Of a stretch of 64,000 bases of DNA, positions 57,287-64,000 are shown one piece after another; position 1 is the first letter of the stretch; each line of letters begins with the position of its first letter. Position numbers and translations under genes: made by a program. The notes beneath the pieces were generated by a model. It worked only from the letters and a program-made list of their open reading frames with translations, ran no database searches and had not been told where the DNA came from. Location of the stretch: assembly GCA_963846445.1 (NCBI GenBank), contig CAWJWM010000014.1, forward strand, positions 21,304 to 85,303, written 5' to 3'. The stretch comes from an uncultured Verrucomicrobiae bacterium. Its GTDB lineage: Bacteria; Verrucomicrobiota; Verrucomicrobiia; Limisphaerales; J093.

Positions 57287-58519
57287 ATGGACGACGCGCA
57301 GTCCAGAGGGTTCAAGTGGCCAGCGGCTGTGGCGATGGTCTGTTGCGCGTTGTTCCTGAGTGCCTGCGGTCGACAGCAACAGGCGCCACCGCCCGCCAGC
57401 ACGCCCGAAGTGGCCGTGGTGACGGTGGCAGCCCAGCCGATCGTGTTGACGATCGAAATGCCCGGTCTCACCTCGCCCTTTCTCATCGCGGACGTCCGTC
57501 CGCAGGTCAACGGCCTCGTTTTGAAACGCCTGTTCACCGAAGGATCCGATGTGAAGCAGGGCCAGCAGCTCTATCAAATCGATCCCGCCCCCTTCCAGGC
57601 GGCGCTCGACAATGCGAAGGCGGCCCTGGGCCGGGCTGAAGCCAGTCTGCCCGCGTTGCGGTCGCGCACGGACCGCTTCAAGCAAGCCCTGGTCGACAAA
57701 GCAGTCAGCCAGCAGGACTTCGACGACGCGGACTCGGCGCTCAAACAGGCTGAGGCGGACGCGGCCTATTGGAAGGCGATGGTGGAGAGCGCCCGTATCA
57801 ACCTGGATTATGCGCAGGTCGTTTCTCCCATTTCGGGCCGAGTTGGGAAATCGTCCGTCACAGACGGCGCAATTGTGACGGCTTACCAGCCGAGTCCCCT
57901 CGCCACGATACAGCAGTTGGATCCGATCTACGTGGACGTGTCGCAATCGGCGACCGAGTTTCTCCGTTTGCAGCGCCGCCTCGAAGAAGGTCTCCTGAGC
58001 CAGAGCGGAACCAACTTCAACAGGGTCGGACTCTATCTTCCCGACGGCACCAAGTACTCCGAGGAAGGCACACTCCAGTTTCGCGACGTCTCGGTCGATC
58101 CCACAACCGGCTCCGTGACCGTGCGGATGGTCTTCCCCAATCCGAACTCGGTCCTCCTGCCCGGCATGTTCGTCCGCGCAGTGATCAAAGAGGGCGCGAA
58201 TGAACAGGCGATCCTGGTGCCACAGCAGGCGGTGTCTCGGGATCCCAAAGGCAATCCCCTGGTCATGGTGGTCAACGCCGATGGCCAAGTGGAACAACGA
58301 CAACTTGGCCTCGACCGGGAAATCGGCGATCAATGGCTCGTGTCGTCGAATCTGGCGGCCGGCGACCGGGTGATCGTCGAAGGGAAGCAGAAAGTGCGTC
58401 CGGGTGTGCCGGTGAAAGCCGTGCCGTTCGACCCGAGCGCGCAAGCCGGTGGCGCGCCGCCCGCACGCCCCGCCCCGTCACCCGCCACGGCGGCCCAACC
58501 GGCCCCGGAATCGAAGTAA
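57287..58519 (+). CDS. RND efflux periplasmic adaptor (membrane fusion protein, AcrA-like)
   Basis: Lipobox ALFLSACG. YQIDPAPFQAALD, ARINLDYAQVVSPISGRVG. Confidence 0.9.
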   Translation: MDDAQSRGFKWPAAVAMVCCALFLSACGRQQQAPPPASTPEVAVVTVAAQPIVLTIEMPGLTSPFLIADVRPQVNGLVLKRLFTEGSDVKQGQQLYQIDPAPFQAALDNAKAALGRAEASLPALRSRTDRFKQALVDKAVSQQDFDDADSALKQAEADAAYWKAMVESARINLDYAQVVSPISGRVGKSSVTDGAIVTAYQPSPLATIQQLDPIYVDVSQSATEFLRLQRRLEEGLLSQSGTNFNRVGLYLPDGTKYSEEGTLQFRDVSVDPTTGSVTVRMVFPNPNSVLLPGMFVRAVIKEGANEQAILVPQQAVSRDPKGNPLVMVVNADGQVEQRQLGLDREIGDQWLVSSNLAAGDRVIVEGKQKVRPGVPVKAVPFDPSAQAGGAPPARPAPSPATAAQPAPESK

Positions 58520-58531
58520 GGGAGTCGCGCC

Positions 58532-61500
58532 ATGCTATCGAGATTCTTCCTGGATCGACCCGTCTTTGCGTGGGTCATCGCCATTGTGGTCATGGTGTTG
58601 GGTGGGCTGGCGATTCATAACCTGCCCATCTCCCAATACCCGCCCATCGCGCCGCCGTCCATCGCCATCGACGCGTTCTACCCGGGCGCGTCGGCGGAGA
58701 CGGTCGAGAACAGCGTCACCCAGATCATCGAGCAAAAAATGACGGGCTTCGACGACATGTTGTATTTGTCCGGCACAAGCGATTCGGCGGGCGGCGCCCG
58801 CATCGAATTGACTTTCAAGCCCGGCACGAACCCCGATCTGGCGTGGGCCAAGGTCCAGAACAAACTCCAGCTTGCCATGACAAGCCTCCCCGAAGTGGTG
58901 CAGCGCTCCGGCGTCATGGTCAGCAAATCCACCCGCAACTTTCTCATCATCGTGGGCTTGGTCTCCAACGACGGCAGCATGGATGGCAACGACTTGCGGG
59001 ACTATGCCCAATCCAACCTCGAGAAGATCCTTGCGCGCGTGCCCGGCGTCGGCGAGGTGACAACGTTCGGCTCGCAGTATGCCATGCGCGTCTGGCTCAA
59101 CCCCGACCGGCTCACCGACTATCACCTGACCGTCGAGGACGTGATCGCGGCCCTGAGAACCTACAACGTCGAGGTGTCCGCCGGGCAGTTCGGAGGGGCG
59201 CCGGCGGCCGAAGGCCAGCGGCTGAACGTCTCGATCATCGTGCAGAACCTGCTCCACACCCCGGACGAGTTCGCGGCTATCCCGCTGCGCACCAATCCCG
59301 ACGGTTCGGTGGTGCGCGTCCGGGATGTGGGCCGGACCGAGTTGGGCACGGAGTTTTACGATGTCGAGGTGTTCCACAACGGGCGTCCTGCGGCTGGCCT
59401 GGCCATCCGCCAAGCGCCCGGGGCCAACGCCCTCGATACGGCCGACGCCATCAAGGCGCGATTGACCGAGCTGAGTGCCTTCTTCCCGCGCGGGCTCGAG
59501 GTCGTCTATCCCTACGACACGACGCCGTTCGTGAAAGTGGCCATCGACGAGGTGATCAAGACGCTTTTCGAGGCGGTCTTCCTCGTCTTCTTGGTCATGT
59601 GGCTGTTCATGGGAAACATCCGCGCCACGCTGATCCCCACCATTGCGGTGCCCGTGGTGCTCCTGGGCACGTTCGCCGTGTTGGGGGCGTTCGGGTTCTC
59701 CATCAACATGCTCACCATGTTTGCCATGGTGCTGGCCATCGGGTTGCTGGTCGACGACGCCATCGTGGTCGTCGAAAACGTCGAGCGCATCATGACCGAA
59801 GAAGGGCTTCCACCCCGAGAAGCCACCGCCAAATCCATGGACCAGATCACACCCGCGCTCATCGGCATCGGCCTGGTGCTCGCCGCGGTCTTCGGGCCCA
59901 TGGCGTTCTTTGGCGGCTCGACCGGTGTCATCTACCGCCAGTTCTCGGTCACCATCGCCTCGGCTATGCTGCTCTCGGTAATGGTGGCCTTGATCCTGAC
60001 ACCGGTGTTGTGCGCCACCATGCTCAGATCCGTGCCCAAAGGACACGAGCCCTCCGAAAACGCCATCTGGTTCCTGCGCCCGTTCCTGCTTTGGTTCGAC
60101 CGCATCTTCTTCGGCGTGCGGACCGCGTCGGTCAGATTGGTAGGCCACGCGTTGACCCGGCGGCTGCGCTACGTCGCGGTGCTTCTTCCTGATTGTGGCG
60201 GGATTGGGTTTCCTCTTCGTGCGGATGCCCAGCTCGTTCCTGCCCGATGAGGATCAGGGCATTCTGATGTGCCAGGTCATGCTGCCCACCGGCAGCACTC
60301 TCGAACAGACCCAGGTCATCGCCGATGATGTCCGACGCCACTTCATGGAGACCGAAAAGGAAGCCGTGGAATCGTGCATGACCATCGCCGGCATGGGCTT
60401 CGCCGGCCGCGCCCAGAACAACGGCATGGTCTTCGTCAAGCTCAAGGATTGGGAACTGCGCGATCGTCCGGATCTGCGTCTGAAAGCAGTCGCCGGCCGC
60501 GCCATGATGGGCTTCTCCCGCATCCGCAACGCCATGGTGTTCGCCTTCGCGCCCCCGCCCGTGGTCGAGTTGGGCTCAGCCCGGGGTGTGGACTTCCAAC
60601 TGATCGATGCCGGCGGCCTCGGGCACGAGGCGTTCATGGCAGCCCGCAACCAGTTCCTGGGCATGGCGATGCAGGATCCGCACCTGGCCAATGTCCGCCC
60701 CAATGGCATGGAGGATGTGCCCCAGTTCCGCGTGGACGTGGATTGGGAAAAGGCGGGAATGCTGGGCCTGCCCCTGACCTCGATCCACAACACACTCGCC
60801 GCGGCCTTCGGCAGCGCCTACGTCAACAATTTCATTCAGGGCGGACGCGTCAAACGCGTGTATGTCCAGGCCGACGCCCCTTACCGCCGGCTCCCGAGCG
60901 ACCTGCACAAGATCTACGTGCGCAACACCACCGGCAAGATGGTGCCCTTCGCCTCCTTTGCCTCGACGCGTTGGGACTCGGGATCGCCCCGCCTGGAACG
61001 GTTCAACGGATTTCCCAGCCTGAACATTCAGGGCGAACCGGCACCAGGCCGAAGCACCGGCGAAGCGATGCACGCCTTCGAGGCCATCGTCGCCAAACTG
61101 CCGTCGGGCGTTGCTTTCGATTACACCGGCGCCTCCTATCAGGAACGAATGGCCAGCGCCCAGAGCGCTCCGCTCTACGCCTTCTCGATTCTCGTCATCT
61201 TCCTCTGCATGGCCGCCCTTTACGAGAGTTGGCCCATCCCCATCTCGATCCTGCTGGTGCTCCCGCTGGGCGCGCTCGGCGGCGTCATCGCGTCCACGTT
61301 GCGCGGGCTGCCCAACGACGTCTATTTCCAGATCGGTCTCCTGACCACTCTGGGCCTGACCACCAAGAACGCCATTCTCATTGTTCAATTCGCCAAGGGA
61401 CGCGTCGAGCAAGGCATGGGGCTGATCGACGCCGCCCTCGAAGGCACCCGCCTCCGGTTCCGCCCCATCGTCATGACCTCGCTCGCCTTCGGCTTTGGCG

Positions 61501-61706
61501 TCCTGCCCCTGGCTCTGGCCACCGGCGCCGGCGCCGGCGCCATGAACGCCATCGGCACCTCGGTGCTGGGCGGGATGATCACCGGCACAGCGCTCGTGAT
61601 CCTGTTCGCCCCGCTCTTCTTCGTCCTGATCGAGAAGACGTTCGGCAGAAAGAGGATCGCAGACAAGATCCCCAGCTCGACGCCGAGTGCGCCGGAGATT
61701 CGCTGA
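58532..61706 (+). pseudogene. RND multidrug efflux transporter (HAE1, AcrB-like); one apparent +1 frameshift near 60182
   Basis: MLSRFFLDRPVFAWVIAIV... (frame 2) to ..RLRYVAVL, then FFLIVAGLGFLFVRMPSSFLPDEDQG... (frame 0) to the stop at 61706. Confidence 0.85.
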
Positions 61707-61707
61707 C

Positions 61708-63213
61708 ATGAACCTGAACGCATTTGTTCTCACTCACCCGGGTATGGTTCCCCGCAATGCTCTCAAGATGACCGCGCGCTCGGTGCGCCGCCTGTTCGTT
61801 CCTCTGAGGCGGGCCTCGCCAGGTCTCTTGATCGCCCTGGCCGGATGCACTCTGGCTCCGAAATACCAGCGCCCGCCGGCTCCCGTCCCGTCCGCCTGGC
61901 CCCAAGGATCCGCCTACGCCCCGAACACAACGGCATCGAGCCTCCCCGAGGCCCGCGACCTGGGATGGCGAGAGTTCTTCCCGGACCCGAGACTCCAACA
62001 GGTCATCGCCATCGCCCTGGCCAACAACCGCGACTTGCGGTTGGCCTCCCTGAATGTCGAGCGCGCTCGGGCCATGTACCGCATTCAACGAGCCGAATTG
62101 TACCCGGCGCTCGATGCCATCGGCAGCGGCAGCAAAGCGCGCATCCCCGCCGACCTCTCGAACTCGGACCAGCGACAAACCATCGAACGCTACGACGCGA
62201 GTCTCGGGCTCGCTTCCTGGGAAATCGATTTCTTCGGCCGCATCCGCAGCTTCAAGAACCGCGCCCTGCTCGAATACCTCGCCACCGAACAGGCCCGCCA
62301 CAGCGCCCAGGTTCTCCTGGTCTCTTCGGTCGCCAACGCCTACCTCGCCCTCGCAGCAGATCGGGAGAATCTCGGACTCTCCGAAACCACACTCGCCGCA
62401 CAGCAGAGCGCCTACGAACTGGTCAGACGACGACAGGAGCTTGGACTCGTCCCCGAATTGGATCTCTACCGCGCCCGGATCCCACTGGAGGTTGCCCGTC
62501 GGGACGTCGCGCTCTATACCCAACAGGCCGCACACGCCGAAAACGCCCTGAACCTCCTGGTCGGCACCCCCGTCCCCAGCGAACTGCTGCCCGCCGAATT
62601 GGGCCACATCAGCCCGCCCGCGACGGTCGCCGCCGGTCTGCCTTCCGACGTCCTGCTCCGCCGGCCGGACGTGGTTCAGGCCGAGGATATGCTCAAGGCA
62701 GCCTATGCCGATATCGGCGCCGCCCGAGCAACCTTCTTCCCGCGCATCTCCCTCACTGCCGCCGTCGGCACCGCCAGCAGCGAACTGTCCGGACTCTTCA
62801 CGTCCGGTTCGGGCGCCTGGAGTTATGCGCCCCAGGTCGTCATGCCCATCTTCGACGCCCGCACGTGGTCCGCACTCAAGGCCAGCAAGGTCCAGAGACA
62901 AATGGCCGTCGTCCAATACGAAAACGCCATTCAGAACGCCTTTCGCGAAGTGGCTGATGCCCTCGCGGTCCAGGGCACGGTGGACCAAGAGTTGGCGGCA
63001 CAACAAGCGCTGGTGCACGCCTATGCGGAAACTTACCGCCTCGCCAATTCGCGCTACGAAAAGGGCATCGACAGCTACCTGGGCGTCCTCGACGCTCAGC
63101 GCTCGCTGTTTGCTTCGCAGCAGGTCCTGGTCTTCCTGCGCCTCGCCAAGCTCGAGAACGACGTCAGGCTTTACGCCGTCCTCGGCGGCGGCTGGCAGCC
63201 CGAAACCCGCTAG
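61708..63213 (+). CDS. RND efflux outer-membrane factor lipoprotein (NodT/OprM family)
   Basis: Lipobox LIALAGCTLAP. Two OEP-type repeats. The ATG lies 2 nt after the AcrB-like stop. Confidence 0.9.
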   Translation: MNLNAFVLTHPGMVPRNALKMTARSVRRLFVPLRRASPGLLIALAGCTLAPKYQRPPAPVPSAWPQGSAYAPNTTASSLPEARDLGWREFFPDPRLQQVIAIALANNRDLRLASLNVERARAMYRIQRAELYPALDAIGSGSKARIPADLSNSDQRQTIERYDASLGLASWEIDFFGRIRSFKNRALLEYLATEQARHSAQVLLVSSVANAYLALAADRENLGLSETTLAAQQSAYELVRRRQELGLVPELDLYRARIPLEVARRDVALYTQQAAHAENALNLLVGTPVPSELLPAELGHISPPATVAAGLPSDVLLRRPDVVQAEDMLKAAYADIGAARATFFPRISLTAAVGTASSELSGLFTSGSGAWSYAPQVVMPIFDARTWSALKASKVQRQMAVVQYENAIQNAFREVADALAVQGTVDQELAAQQALVHAYAETYRLANSRYEKGIDSYLGVLDAQRSLFASQQVLVFLRLAKLENDVRLYAVLGGGWQPETR

Positions 63214-63284
63214 AATCCTTGACCTGTCAAATGTGTTGTAGATAAGTCAAGTTGTTGTGCTGCGTTAAAAGGGTCAAGGATTCT
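63212..63284 (+). repeat. module B: 73-nt hairpin with perfect 13-bp stem, starting inside the stop codon of the outer-membrane factor gene
   Basis: AGAATCCTTGACC (63212-63224) pairs with GGTCAAGGATTCT (63272-63284). Confidence 0.85.
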
Positions 63285-63288
63285 CAGG

Positions 63289-63374
63289 AGCGAGGCGCGG
63301 GAGACAAGGGCAGGAAAACAAAAGGGCGGTCCATGATGTCGAAGATTGGGGTTTGGTCTGAGGCGCGCCTCGCT
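63289..63374 (-). repeat. module A, full 86-nt copy (inverted)
   Basis: AGCGAGGCGCGGGAGACAAGGGCAGGAAAACAAAAGGGCGGTCCATGATGTCGAAGATTGGGGTTTGGTCTGAGGCGCGCCTCGCT. Confidence 0.85.
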
Positions 63375-63432
63375 AGAGTGACTCTCTTTTTGAAATCCGC
63401 TGCAAATGAGTCACGTTTTTGCGCCGCGCAGC
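63373..63432 (+). repeat. module X
   Basis: CTAGAGTGACTCTCTTTTTGAAATCCGCTGCAAATGAGTCACGTTTTTGCGCCGCGCAGC. Confidence 0.8.
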
Positions 63433-63559
63433 CTCGCTCAACCCGCAAAGCTAAAGCGCCAGAGGACTGGCGCAGTCTCCCGCAGCCGCGGGACTGGCGC
63501 CTTTTCGGACGTCTCCGAACCGCGCGAAGCGTTTTGGAGTGCGGCAGTCTTCTGCCGCT

Positions 63560-63618
63560 CTGAGACCCTCGCGAACGATCTGGCAAGACGCCTCGCCGGT
63601 CTGAGGCGCAGCCTCGCT
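63560..63618 (-). repeat. module F' (short F variant) containing the stop codon of the last gene
   Basis: The reverse complement reads TAGCGAGGCTGCGCCTCAGACCGGCGAGGCGTCTTGCCAGATCGTTCGCGAGGGTCTCAG, which aligns with 14001-14056. Confidence 0.75.
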
Positions 63619-64000
63619 AAAACTCGAGCGGCACGCGCACCACGATCGCTCCCATGACTTCGCCCGGTCGGAAATCGTGCCGGGGACTGCGCGGATGCCG
63701 GTTGTGGCAATCCACACACGACGACAGGCTCGCCACGTCGGCGTAGACCGCGGTGAAGTAACTGCGGCCTCCAAGCGTTTCCTCGGTGTAGAAGCCACGC
63801 TCCGGATTCCGCGCCACGCTCTCGAGTCCGGCCTGTTCCACCTCCGTCTGCGGGCCATGACCGGGGTCGATCGGCCATAACGAACGCAGGACATACGAGA
63901 ATTCCGCCCCCCGCTTCTGAATGCTCGATGCCGCCTCGCGCAGCAGTTGAGCGTGCGTCGGCAGACAATCCCGCTCCTTCCACTGCTCCGAAACCTCGAG
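63617..64000 (-). CDS. DUF3365 (Tll0287-like) domain protein, 5'-truncated by the window edge
   Basis: The frame is open from 64000 to the TAG at 63617-63619. C-terminal pattern YFTAVYADVASLSSCVDCHNRHPRSPRHDFRPGEVMGAIVVRVPLEF. Confidence 0.65.
   Translation of the reverse strand, partial: LEVSEQWKERDCLPTHAQLLREAASSIQKRGAEFSYVLRSLWPIDPGHGPQTEVEQAGLESVARNPERGFYTEETLGGRSYFTAVYADVASLSSCVDCHNRHPRSPRHDFRPGEVMGAIVVRVPLEF

Noticed and set aside
1864-60200. Programmed ribosomal frameshifting or transcriptional slippage as the explanation for the frame breaks.
   Set aside because: There are about 20 sites in unrelated genes with no shared slippery heptamer or downstream structure. Several genes would need 3-4 events each. 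Sequencing error or pseudogenisation is far more parsimonious.
7555-63618. The repeated intergenic modules considered as a possible CRISPR array or arrays.
   Set aside because: The copies are not regularly spaced direct repeats with unique spacers. They occur singly or in mixed composites, in both orientations, tens of kb apart. No cas genes are present.
1-64000. tRNA, rRNA, tmRNA, RNase P, integrase or transposase genes, or prophage remnants that could explain the repeat-rich regions.
   Set aside because: Scanning the intergenic regions and the ORF track by eye found none. This cannot be excluded for very degenerate remnants without a computed search.

Overview
GC-rich bacterial chromosome segment. 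The gene content points to the PVC superphylum, probably Verrucomicrobiota: an H-X9-DG prepilin-like protein, TAT-signal Gfo/Idh/MocA and FGE-sulfatase proteins, and many large secreted hypotheticals. I found no rRNA, tRNA, CRISPR array, transposase or phage genes.

Gene content, left to right:
- 0.2-14 kb: an aryl-polyene/flexirubin-like type II KS lipid cluster (lipoprotein, MMPL exporter fused to an LPLAT acyltransferase, LolA-like protein, FabZ-like dehydratase, AMP-ligase, GT2, B12-radical SAM, KS, KS-like/CLF, ACP).
- 14.1-25.4 kb: a tightly coupled operon of an ECF sigma factor, an anti-sigma protein with a vWA domain, and a 2383-aa internally duplicated membrane protein.
- 25-46 kb: a sulfatase-modifying-like fusion, a URO-D-like protein plus hybrid histidine kinase, TrmH, an oxidoreductase, a CHASE2-cyclase and secreted glycan-active-like proteins.
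- 46-53 kb: a pseudopilin-like protein, an MBOAT/SGNH pair, DUF362 and a TPR lipoprotein.
- 53-64 kb: topoisomerase III, STAS, an atypical thioredoxin and an RND efflux operon.

Two things stand out:
- Almost every intergenic region carries a mosaic of short structured repeat modules (named A, B, X, D, E, F, G, H here). They include a ~237-nt element with compensatory stem changes and an 86-bp TIR-bounded module that supplies the 5' UTR and start codon of two real genes.
- About 20 apparent frameshifts are clustered in a subset of genes. At least 18 behave as one extra base.

All coordinates and identities were derived by eye from the sequence. No database searches were run.
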